From Methanobacteriota archaeon (lineage in GTDB: Archaea; Thermoplasmatota; Poseidoniia; Poseidoniales; Poseidoniaceae), in the NCBI GenBank assembly GCA_018691345.1, contig JABGTJ010000039.1:33074-97073 (forward strand): 64,000 bases of DNA. Direction: 5' to 3'. This document shows positions 42,265 to 50,977 of the stretch, piece by piece; within the stretch, counting starts at the first letter, position 1; each line of letters begins with the position of its first letter. A program made the position numbers and the translations under genes. The notes beneath the pieces are model-generated. The model was not told the DNA's origin. It was given only the letters and a program-made list of their open reading frames with translations, and did not search any database.

Positions 42265-43475
42265 TCAACCAACCATTCATGGTCATTGTACGACTGTTCT
42301 TCAACTCCAATCGGCTCATTCATCTCGACGGCTGTTTGTTCTTTTTGTTGCTTAGCCAGTGCTCTTTCTTGCTCACGAGCTGATTCTTCTTCGGCCAAAC
42401 GTGCTTTTTCTGCCCGTAACTTCGCATGCCGAACTGAACCAGTGTCTTGCTCCTGAATGCGTTGGTTTTCAGCGTTTTGTTGGTCTTCAATCAATTGACT
42501 GATTTCCTCAAAAGTATCGATTTGAGGCCATGCATCTTCCAAGTAAATGACGCCATCTGGAACGCTGTCTTGGGTGATCGAAGCAAAACCGCGATGAGTG
42601 AGGAAAAGACCTGCGATAAATGAAGCGACTTTGGCTTCATCATCGTAGCCCTCTGGAACAGAACCAAACGTTTGTTCGAGAATTGGTTTCAGCGATTCCA
42701 TCACCACCAGAACTGGAACTTTCGCAGATTCGGATGTTAGACAAGAAGCTCTCAATGCTTGCCAGCAGCGTTTGATATCGCCCTCAAGGTCTTCGTTGTG
42801 CATACGCCCACCGACATCCGAGAGGTACTCCTTCAATTCCGCCTCATGAGCAAGTCTGTTTTCCTCTCGCAAACGAAGTGATTCGGCATCATCAGAAGCA
42901 TCCTTGAACGCTGAAAGTAGTTCGACCAAAGTAACTGGGCGCCCTTCATCACGTCGAACCCTGTTTTCCAATAACTCAGGGAGGAACTCGTCCGCAGTAC
43001 CCTGAAGAACGGAATTGGTGAAAAAGAAATCCTCGTCGTTGTAATCTGCTTCCCATCCAAAGCCCAGCCCGTCATCCCAGTCGTCTTCAGCCTCGTTGTA
43101 TTGTACTCGCTCAAACAAATCTTCAGCTTGGTGGTGAAGAACTTCCCAAGACATGCGTATGAGGCGGCCACAGGCAGGAAGGTCAAGAGTGGCTGCGTCG
43201 GATTTTACACGGTTTGTGAACACTTTGAGGAAACTCGACAAGTCGATGTTCCAGGCATCGAGTCCTTCGTCCCGAACCAAAGAAAGTACGAGAGCGACGG
43301 AGCGGTCAAACGGATCAACAAGCGTTTGGTGTTCTGCTTCTTCACGCTCAGCAATCGCCATAATTTTGTCTCCAAAAAGAGCCGCTTCTTGCGATTCCTC
43401 ACCTGAAGCGAGCAATTGGTCAATAACGTCCTGACGCAGGAACCATTTGTCCAATCCAGATTGTTGCTCACTCAT
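42261..43475 (-). CDS. scpA: Segregation and condensation protein A (kleisin)
   Basis: 404 aa, acidic. It sits between smc and scpB with 4-nt and 10-nt spacings. The N-terminus LDKWFLRQDVIDQLL.. and the C-terminal wH are ScpA-like. Confidence 0.65.
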   Translation of the reverse strand: MSEQQSGLDKWFLRQDVIDQLLASGEESQEAALFGDKIMAIAEREEAEHQTLVDPFDRSVALVLSLVRDEGLDAWNIDLSSFLKVFTNRVKSDAATLDLPACGRLIRMSWEVLHHQAEDLFERVQYNEAEDDWDDGLGFGWEADYNDEDFFFTNSVLQGTADEFLPELLENRVRRDEGRPVTLVELLSAFKDASDDAESLRLREENRLAHEAELKEYLSDVGGRMHNEDLEGDIKRCWQALRASCLTSESAKVPVLVVMESLKPILEQTFGSVPEGYDDEAKVASFIAGLFLTHRGFASITQDSVPDGVIYLEDAWPQIDTFEEISQLIEDQQNAENQRIQEQDTGSVRHAKLRAEKARLAEEESAREQERALAKQQKEQTAVEMNEPIGVEEQSYNDHEWLVE

Positions 43476-43484
43476 TCGCTCACC

Positions 43485-46400
43485 TCAAACTGTTTCTTCT
43501 TCGATGTCAGCCGGTTCGGCTGTTTCCTGTTCTTCTGCTTCAGCGGCTTTTACTGCAAGAGCGACCTCTGCATATTCTTCGATGTCTTCGGTCATCTCAA
43601 CCGTCCGTTCTGTGAGTGCCTCAAGTCCGGAAGGAGCAACAACTTCAGGATGGACATCAGGCATGTGATTGAGCAGTCCACCAAGGCTCGTCGGTGTTGC
43701 TAAAGGTTCGGGAACAATTGGCATTTCATGAGACGCAGCAGATGCTTCTTCAATTCGCGAGTGATTTTTGTCGTTGTCTTTTTCTGCCTCGGCAAGAGCT
43801 TTCTCGCCCAGAGCAATCGCCTTTTCGCGGTCAAAGTCAACGATACGACGGCTGCATCCGTCTCCACCGTGCGTGATTCCGATGTGATGGTCAGCAAGTC
43901 GGAGCGAAACCTTGCGCAATGTGACCATAATGAATTGTGCACGCTTACTGCGTTCTCGACACATCAATGCAATACGCTCTGCGTTGTAACCATCAAGATT
44001 CTGGTCAACTTCATCGAAGTAGTAGAACGGACTTGGGTCGTAATCTTGAATGGCAAAGATAAGCGCCAATGCTGCCATGGATTGCTCTCCACCGGACAAC
44101 TGATGCCGAGTGACCTTGGCTGACTTTCCACGAGGTTGAGCCCACAATTCGAGCCCCCCTTTGAACGGTTCATCCTCATTTTCGAGGAATAATTCTCCAC
44201 GCCCTCCATCGCTCAATGACTTGTAAGCGACTTTGAAGTTCTCGTTGACCTTTTCCAAAACCTTGACCAAACGTTCCTTGCGTTGTTCTTCGAGTTTTTC
44301 TGTGACGTCAATGAGGTGCTTGCGGCGATGTTGTAAGACCTTGAAATCACCCTTCATTTCAGCCAGCCTTGCTTCACAAGCATCGAACTGCTCAATTGCG
44401 AGCATGTTAACAGGGCCATGGGAGTCAAGTCGGCGTTGAAGCGTGCGTTCATTTCGTTCTGCATCCCCTACGCTTGGCAGAGATACGCCTTCAGCCGCAG
44501 GTTCGATGTTGCTCTGAGACATCTCGAGTTGGGTTTCTCGAATCGAGTCGTCTTTGAGGTTGAGTGCTCGCCCCATTTCTTCGACCATTCCACGCCGAGA
44601 GCGTGCGTCAAGTGCCTTTTGTTGGAGTTTAACTTGAAGGCTGGTGCGCTCTTCGATGAGTTCCAGTCGTTCATCTTCAAGGCCTTGATTCTCTTCAAGG
44701 TATTGAGAGCGTTCCTCCTCTTTCGCTCTGAGCTCTATAGAGTCGGATGCAACGCCTGCTTGGAGGGTGTCAATTCGCTCACTGCGAGTGATTGCATTCT
44801 CATTGAGCAAGTGAATTCGTTTTTGGATTTCATCAACTCGCTTTTCCAATAGTGATTGATGGTTCGCATCGCCATTCAGTGAAATTTGAGCTTGAGCCTT
44901 CGTACTTTCGGCCTCAATACGCTTTACCTTTGCAGCATGTAAACGATCTTTAAGATGGACTGGACTCGCTTCTTCCAGTTGGTTTTGAGCTTCAGTACGA
45001 ACTTCGTTCATGGAAGCAAGATGTTGTTGCGCTCCATCAAGTTCACGCAGTTTACCTGAGCCTTCGAGGCGTAGTTCACCGAGTCGCTTCTCGAGTCCAG
45101 CAACATTGCCCAATGCAGAAATGTGATTGGCTTTCACTTGCTTATGTTCCGCTCGCCATTCTTGGAAGCGAACTGCATGCTCGCCATCGGTAAGGGCATT
45201 GATTTTGCTGCGGAGTTCAGATTGTGTTCGACGTGCATCAGCAAGTGCGCCATTAACGGTGTCTGCCATGAGACGGTACCGTTCCACGTCAGCGGATAGG
45301 GCCTCGACTTCACTGGCGCCCTGTATGTTTCCACCGAAAGCAACCATTGACCTTCTCTTTGAACCACCAACCATTGCACCACCGGCTTCGGTCACATCGC
45401 CACGCAGAGTGACCAAGCGAACACCGCCCATGTTTGCACGGGCTGTCGACATACTATCGACAATCAAGGTATTGCGAAGTACGAAGCGTACGGCGACATC
45501 TATTCGTGGGTCATAGTCCAATAACTCACTGGCAAACCCGACGACACCTGGTTTACGAGAAACCATCAGCGCCTTACCCGCAGCACGCGATTGAGTGAGT
45601 TTGTTTAACGGCAAGAATGTGGCACGGCCTGCCTTGTTTTGCGACAACCATTGGATAGCCCGTGCTGCATCTTCATCGCTGTCCACGACAACGGACGTCA
45701 TGCCGCCGCCGACGGCTGTAGCAAGGGCATCGGTATGAGCAGGATCTCTAGGCTGACACAGTTCTGCCACCGTACCAATCACGCCGCGTAATTCTCCACG
45801 GTCACGTGCAGCAATAATGGCAGCAGCGCCACCAGCCATTCCCTTGGCTCCACTCTTGTTTTCCAATTCGTTCCTAGCAGTGTTGAGTCGACGCTCTGTA
45901 TCTCGCAATCGATTTTCAATCGATTGGGATTCTTCAGCCAGTTTCACTTCTGAGCGTTGTGCTGTGAATAATTCTTCAGCGAGTTGTTTTCGATTCTGGT
46001 CCGGTGCGTTAGCACCGAGTTCTTCACCTGTGAGTTGGGATTCGCCTAAAGCAAGGCGAGCGGTTTCCGCGGCTTCTTGGGCGGTTGAGATTTGCTCATC
46101 CAACATCTCTGCTTGAGTTGCGACTCGATTTACTTCCTCTTGAGCGGTGTTAAGGGCAGCAGCAGCTGCTTCAGTGTCTACAATCGCTTTCGAGAGAGCA
46201 CGCGAGAGTTCAGCGTTTGCCGTACCGGATGATTCAAGCAACACTTGCACCTCAGATTCTTCTTTCTTGGCTTCGATAAGTGCCTTCTCAGATTCTTCTA
46301 AATCAATTCGGGCATTCGCTAAACCAAGCTTGAATTCTTCAAGTGAATCAATTGCTGTTTGCAGGGATTCTGCTAATTCCACCAATTCTATTTTGTCCTC

Positions 46401-47483
46401 GATATCCTTTTCTTCAGCCTCATCAATTCGGTCACCACTGGTGGCTATTCGAATCTGAAGTTGGCTAATTGCGGCAAGCAAACCGTTCGAGTCTCCTCCC
46501 ATGAGGTCCTCAATTTGCTTCTGCAATACCCCGATTTGGTCTTCCAATCCGAGTAAAACTTGGGCGCCTTGCTTCACGTCTGCTTCCATCTGTGCAGCTT
46601 CGGCCTCAATACGAGAACGTTCCTCAACCATGTAGGTGCGTTCAGAAATCTGACTTGCTAACTTGGATTGTGCAGATACGATACGAGCGGTTTGAAGTTC
46701 CTTAACAAGGTCTTGGACCTTGAGTGCGAGGTTCTTTTCCTTGGTCAAATCTCGTAGTCGGACTTTTTGTTCTTCCTCCAGGAGCCCAATGCGTTCGATA
46801 TAGCCCTCGACCATTTCCTTTTGCCGTTCTGCCTTTCGTATTTCATCATCATATGAAGTGACGCCAGCGACGCCATCCAAGACCTTACGGCGCTCTTTTG
46901 CAGTCATTTTGGCGAGTTTAGTAACGTCACCTTGCAAAACAATATTGTAACCGTCTGGACGTGCATTTGCGGCACCAAGTAATCTGTGGAATGTTTTTTG
47001 GCTGCTCTCCTCTCCATCAAGTAAGTAGTTGGTTACAATGTTGTTCGCCTTGGTAAGGCGCACGGCACGTGTCATTCGAACTTCGTCTTGTTCGATGGGT
47101 AGTCTACGACGTCCGTTTGTGAGCATTGGGTTCGCAAAAACGAGTGTGACTTCACACGATCGAGCGGGTTTGGAGTTTTTACCGCCATTGAAAATAAGAT
47201 CCTTGGCGTTTTGAGCTCGAATCACCTTATTGCTTCGTGGACCAAGAACGAATTGAATGGCATCGCCACAATTCGATTTACCAGAACCGTTCGGCCCGGT
47301 GATTGCTGTGAACCCTCGGTCAAGTGGGACGGTAATTTCACCTTTGAACGATTTGAAGTTTGAAATTTCCAGTGCTTGAAGATACATCCCTATCCCTCCA
47401 ATCGAAGTATGTTGCCTCGACCTTATCCGCGACACCCATTCCCCACAGGTCTTAAACAATGCGAGTGATGAAGGGGCAGTCAC
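43485..47483 (-). CDS. smc: Chromosome segregation ATPase SMC
   Basis: Has the Walker A (ITGPNGSGKSNCGDAI), long coiled-coils, a hinge, and the C-terminal signature LSGGEQSMAALALIFAI and Walker B (YYFDEVDQNLD). The true start is MYLQALEISNFKSF at ~47387, preceded by GGAGGGATAGGG. The track start at 47483 is an upstream in-frame TTG/ATG. A ~110-aa acidic C-terminal tail is present. Confidence 0.9.
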   Translation of the reverse strand: MTAPSSLALFKTCGEWVSRIRSRQHTSIGGIGMYLQALEISNFKSFKGEITVPLDRGFTAITGPNGSGKSNCGDAIQFVLGPRSNKVIRAQNAKDLIFNGGKNSKPARSCEVTLVFANPMLTNGRRRLPIEQDEVRMTRAVRLTKANNIVTNYLLDGEESSQKTFHRLLGAANARPDGYNIVLQGDVTKLAKMTAKERRKVLDGVAGVTSYDDEIRKAERQKEMVEGYIERIGLLEEEQKVRLRDLTKEKNLALKVQDLVKELQTARIVSAQSKLASQISERTYMVEERSRIEAEAAQMEADVKQGAQVLLGLEDQIGVLQKQIEDLMGGDSNGLLAAISQLQIRIATSGDRIDEAEEKDIEDKIELVELAESLQTAIDSLEEFKLGLANARIDLEESEKALIEAKKEESEVQVLLESSGTANAELSRALSKAIVDTEAAAAALNTAQEEVNRVATQAEMLDEQISTAQEAAETARLALGESQLTGEELGANAPDQNRKQLAEELFTAQRSEVKLAEESQSIENRLRDTERRLNTARNELENKSGAKGMAGGAAAIIAARDRGELRGVIGTVAELCQPRDPAHTDALATAVGGGMTSVVVDSDEDAARAIQWLSQNKAGRATFLPLNKLTQSRAAGKALMVSRKPGVVGFASELLDYDPRIDVAVRFVLRNTLIVDSMSTARANMGGVRLVTLRGDVTEAGGAMVGGSKRRSMVAFGGNIQGASEVEALSADVERYRLMADTVNGALADARRTQSELRSKINALTDGEHAVRFQEWRAEHKQVKANHISALGNVAGLEKRLGELRLEGSGKLRELDGAQQHLASMNEVRTEAQNQLEEASPVHLKDRLHAAKVKRIEAESTKAQAQISLNGDANHQSLLEKRVDEIQKRIHLLNENAITRSERIDTLQAGVASDSIELRAKEEERSQYLEENQGLEDERLELIEERTSLQVKLQQKALDARSRRGMVEEMGRALNLKDDSIRETQLEMSQSNIEPAAEGVSLPSVGDAERNERTLQRRLDSHGPVNMLAIEQFDACEARLAEMKGDFKVLQHRRKHLIDVTEKLEEQRKERLVKVLEKVNENFKVAYKSLSDGGRGELFLENEDEPFKGGLELWAQPRGKSAKVTRHQLSGGEQSMAALALIFAIQDYDPSPFYYFDEVDQNLDGYNAERIALMCRERSKRAQFIMVTLRKVSLRLADHHIGITHGGDGCSRRIVDFDREKAIALGEKALAEAEKDNDKNHSRIEEASAASHEMPIVPEPLATPTSLGGLLNHMPDVHPEVVAPSGLEALTERTVEMTEDIEEYAEVALAVKAAEAEEQETAEPADIEEETV

Positions 47484-47553
47484 GCGCTTTTGACTACGGT
47501 TCGTAAGCAGCCGAAGGGATCGTTTGGAGCATCAAAAAAGGTGATAAAAAGAA

Positions 47554-48411
47554 TCACAGTGTTCCGGTTTGGCCACACTTGCTGCAACCGCCACCCTTAC
47601 AATATGGGCAGGTTGCAAGTACTTTGATACTTTTTGAAGTCGTACGCCGCATGTGAAGTTGTGAATCTTTCTTCAGTAAGTTCGAACGAGCGATTCGATT
47701 TGTGGTTCCGCTTCGAGAGCCAAGCGACATTTTGACTGAGCCAAAAGTTCCCCGAAAAGTGTCTGCCAAGTCTCTTCTCTTTGTCAAACGAGTACGAGCC
47801 TGTTCAATACCCTCTGCTTCCCAATACTTTGGACCTGCCATGAGTATTGCGCCAATGACGGCGATAATGCATTGGACAATGAAAGGCGAAACTGCAAACG
47901 GAATTAACTCAGCAATTCCAACGGAACTAGCAGCACTGGGGAGAAAGTTGAGACGATCGAGGATTGCGATGCTGAAGAGCACGGCTCCCGAAGCGAAAAA
48001 GAGGTGATAACTACGCTGGCTACGGCGGCCAACTCGGGTGAATCCAACACGGCCATAAAGCAAGACGAACAAACCGAGGCAGAGAAACAGAATATCGATG
48101 CCATCCCACATTCCCGTAGCCTGAAGACAATACGATTCATCACCGTTCGCAATCTCTGCCTCAATCGTAGGAATTGCACAATGCGGTTCGAACATACGAG
48201 TAATGACCATTTTCGAATCAGGGGCGCCTTCGATGAGATAAGGTGCCATTTTACCCATTCCGGCATTCCCTATCGAAAAACCAACCAGCGAGGTCCCAAA
48301 GAGGATACCGATGATGTCACGGATACTCGCCATAGTACCTGTAGAAGAGGACTGGACATAGCCGTTTCGCTGCCGATGGGGTGAAATGTGGCAGCATACA
48401 CCCCACACCAA
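47554..48411 (-). CDS. Polytopic membrane protein with a C-terminal cytoplasmic zinc ribbon
   Basis: It has several TM helices and a C-terminal CPYCKGGGCSKCGQTG. The true start is probably MASIRD at ~48333, because the annotated 5' end overlaps divergent nadB. Confidence 0.5.
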   Translation of the reverse strand: MVWGVCCHISPHRQRNGYVQSSSTGTMASIRDIIGILFGTSLVGFSIGNAGMGKMAPYLIEGAPDSKMVITRMFEPHCAIPTIEAEIANGDESYCLQATGMWDGIDILFLCLGLFVLLYGRVGFTRVGRRSQRSYHLFFASGAVLFSIAILDRLNFLPSAASSVGIAELIPFAVSPFIVQCIIAVIGAILMAGPKYWEAEGIEQARTRLTKRRDLADTFRGTFGSVKMSLGSRSGTTNRIARSNLLKKDSQLHMRRTTSKSIKVLATCPYCKGGGCSKCGQTGTL

Positions 48412-50055
48412 GGAGGGCTAAATATGGCGAAGATAGTCATCATCGGAAGTGGTATTGCTGGACTGTTTGCGGCTTTACGGTTGGCCGACGCGGAACATTC
48501 AGTGACCGTGGTAACCAAACAACGACCCATCGATTCATCGACCAACTGGGCCCAAGGTGGAATCGCAGCCATTCTCGACAAAACCGATGGCATAGGCTTA
48601 GAGTCTCACATTCAAGACACGCTTGCCAGTGGAGACGGCTTGTGTGACGAACGCATCGTTCGAAAAGTCATCGAAGAATCTGGTGAACGTATCCATGACT
48701 TGCTCAACATCGGAGTACGGTTTGAAACCGATGAAAACGGGGAGTTCCACTATGCAAAGGAAGGAGGGCATTCAGAACGTAGAATCCTCCATGCCAAAGA
48801 TGCGACTGGAAAGGAAATTGAGCGAGCATTGAACGATGCAGCAAGTTCTCACCGCAACATCACTCTCAAACCAAATACATTAGCCATGGACTTAATTCAA
48901 CGGGAACATCAGAACCCAGAAAAGGGAATTGCAGGCGTATGGTGCTTAGATCAAGAACGGAACTCTGTATTTACTGAGCCGGCAGATGTACTGATGCTCG
49001 CCACCGGTGGAGTCGGGCAACTCTGGTCACAAACAACCAACCCTCCGGTCGCCACGGGAGACGGCTTAGCAATGGCTTACCGAGCAGGAGCTGCGGTCAA
49101 AGATATGGCGTTCATTCAATTCCACCCGACGGCGTTAGCCATTCAATCGGACCGACCTTTCCTCATCACTGAAGCAGTTCGAGGCGAAGGCGGCGTCATT
49201 TTGGATGAGGAGGGGTTGCAATCATGGCAATCGGATGTTGAATCAACAAACGATGTGACTGCACCACTTTTGCCCCACTCTTACTCTTTCACGCTCAACC
49301 ACTCGCCTTTGGGCTCAATGGCAACTCGAGACATTGTAGCTCGAGCGATCGACCAACGGCTGAAGGAAACGGGGAAAAATCACGTCTTCCTTGTTACATC
49401 CCACATGAATCAAGAACATTTAGCCGATCATTTTCCTACGATTCAGAAACGCCTCAATCGACATGGTTTGAAATTGGGAAGAGATCCCTTGCCGGTATCT
49501 CCAGCGGCGCATTACATCGTTGGAGGACTTGCTGTTGATGAATACGGGCGCCCTTGCAGCAGAGAGACTGGAAATCCATTACCCTCATTGTATGCAATTG
49601 GCGAAGTCGCATGCACGGGAATGCATGGTGCAAACCGGTTAGCATCAAACAGCCTTCTTGAAGCAGTTGTTTACGCAGCTAGAGCGGCGAATCACATCAT
49701 TGACTCCGAACCAGAAAGCAGCGATACCCCGTTACCAGAATGGCGTGCGGATGGTCTTGAAGATCTTACTGAACACGTATCAGTGGCCAACGATAGAGAG
49801 GCTTTGACCAATACGATGTCCAGAGAAGTAGGCATCGTTCGAAGATTTAACAGACTTCACAGGGCTAAGCGCCGGTTGCAATTGCTATCAAAAGAAGTTG
49901 ATTTTATTTGGAGAAGTGCCTTGCCATCACGAGAAATAGTCGAATTACGAAACCTTATTCTCGTTGGACAATTGGTAACCGAAGACTCTCTTGCACGAAA
50001 GGAGAACCGCGGACTTCACTTCAACACAGACCTCATTGGGCGTGAAGAGCAGTAA
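48388..50055 (+). CDS. nadB: L-aspartate oxidase
   Basis: Has the FAD-binding motif IVIIGSGIAGLFAALRLA, then STNWAQGGIAA, then fumarate-reductase-family motifs HPTAL and RGEGG. The true start is MAKIVIIGSG at 48424. Confidence 0.85.
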   Translation: MAAYTPHQGGLNMAKIVIIGSGIAGLFAALRLADAEHSVTVVTKQRPIDSSTNWAQGGIAAILDKTDGIGLESHIQDTLASGDGLCDERIVRKVIEESGERIHDLLNIGVRFETDENGEFHYAKEGGHSERRILHAKDATGKEIERALNDAASSHRNITLKPNTLAMDLIQREHQNPEKGIAGVWCLDQERNSVFTEPADVLMLATGGVGQLWSQTTNPPVATGDGLAMAYRAGAAVKDMAFIQFHPTALAIQSDRPFLITEAVRGEGGVILDEEGLQSWQSDVESTNDVTAPLLPHSYSFTLNHSPLGSMATRDIVARAIDQRLKETGKNHVFLVTSHMNQEHLADHFPTIQKRLNRHGLKLGRDPLPVSPAAHYIVGGLAVDEYGRPCSRETGNPLPSLYAIGEVACTGMHGANRLASNSLLEAVVYAARAANHIIDSEPESSDTPLPEWRADGLEDLTEHVSVANDREALTNTMSREVGIVRRFNRLHRAKRRLQLLSKEVDFIWRSALPSREIVELRNLILVGQLVTEDSLARKENRGLHFNTDLIGREEQ

Positions 50056-50968
50056 TCATAGCCACCAACATTTGATTGAGCGGGGTTGCTAGACCAACTC
50101 GCTCGCCTCGTTCAACGATGGCTTGATTCAATACAGAAATCTCTGTCTTGCGACCGTTACGCAGATCCTGCAACATACTGCACATGTTGGTGGAAGTTGC
50201 CAAAAGAACTTGCCGGAGTTGCTCCTCTAATTCAGCGTCTGATGGAAGTGCTACTCGTTCTTGGCGAGCGACTGAAGCTCCCTCAAGCATGGTCGAAAAA
50301 GCCGACGAGAAAAGGTCTGGTCGTAGTAATTCACCGTTTTCGACTCCGGCTAACGCAGCAATTGGGTTGATTGCAATATTGAGTAAAACCTTCCGCCAAA
50401 CTGAGGCAACACCATCAGAGGACCACATCGGAGACAGGCCCGCTCGCTCGAGAGCATCCAGAAGCGGTTGAGCTTCTGCTTGCCCAGGGCCGCCAGGAAG
50501 CGATCCAATCACCGTTTCCCCCTTTCCTGCCCAGTGAACAGTTCCAGCAGTTGGTCTCCAAGCTCCGTGGGTTGAAGTCGCCGCAAATACACGGTGAGGC
50601 CCAAGCGAATCTTGACATTTCTCAGCGTGACCTAAGCCATTACTCAAACACAAAGCATAGCCATCTGCCGTGAGCAGTTGTCGTGCAAGAGACGCTAGAA
50701 ATGGTGTCTGCTCTGCCTTTCCAGTGAGAAATACATAGTCGATGGTGCCTATTGCAACGGGTGGTAGACCTACTTCGTCGAGCGAAAAAAAGGCATCTGC
50801 ATTCGAGATAAAATCTTCAGATTCACCTTCGAGGCGAAGGCCATCCGCTGCCATATGGGCACCATGCGTTCCTCGTCCATGGACAAACAATTCGATGCTT
50901 TCGACACGTGAGAGCAGCGCTGCGTAAAGTGAGCCAAGCGAACCTGACCCTAGAATTGCGATTCGCAT
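50033..50968 (-). CDS. panE: 2-dehydropantoate 2-reductase (ApbA/PanE family)
   Basis: Starts MRIAILGSGSLGSLYAALL (Rossmann fold). The ApbA C-terminal domain segment KVLLNIAINPIAAL is present. It overlaps the nadB 3' end by 23 nt, in convergent orientation. Confidence 0.7.
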   Translation of the reverse strand: MRIAILGSGSLGSLYAALLSRVESIELFVHGRGTHGAHMAADGLRLEGESEDFISNADAFFSLDEVGLPPVAIGTIDYVFLTGKAEQTPFLASLARQLLTADGYALCLSNGLGHAEKCQDSLGPHRVFAATSTHGAWRPTAGTVHWAGKGETVIGSLPGGPGQAEAQPLLDALERAGLSPMWSSDGVASVWRKVLLNIAINPIAALAGVENGELLRPDLFSSAFSTMLEGASVARQERVALPSDAELEEQLRQVLLATSTNMCSMLQDLRNGRKTEISVLNQAIVERGERVGLATPLNQMLVAMITALHAQ

Positions 50969-50977
50969 GGCAAGACC

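Noticed and set aside
43694-47214. Plus-strand ORFs within smc (for example 43728..44123, 45127..45516, 45817..46116, 46147..46458)
   Set aside because: They are antisense to the SMC coiled-coil region. Their Ala/Ser-rich composition is a known artefact of antisense translation of E/K/L/A-rich coiled-coils.
47388-47483. N-terminal 32 residues of the SMC ORF as given by the track
   Set aside because: The in-frame upstream start produces a non-conserved leader (MTAPSSLALFKTCGEWVSRIRS...). The conserved SMC N-terminus starts at MYLQALEISNFKSF, which has a strong GGAGGG ribosome-binding site.
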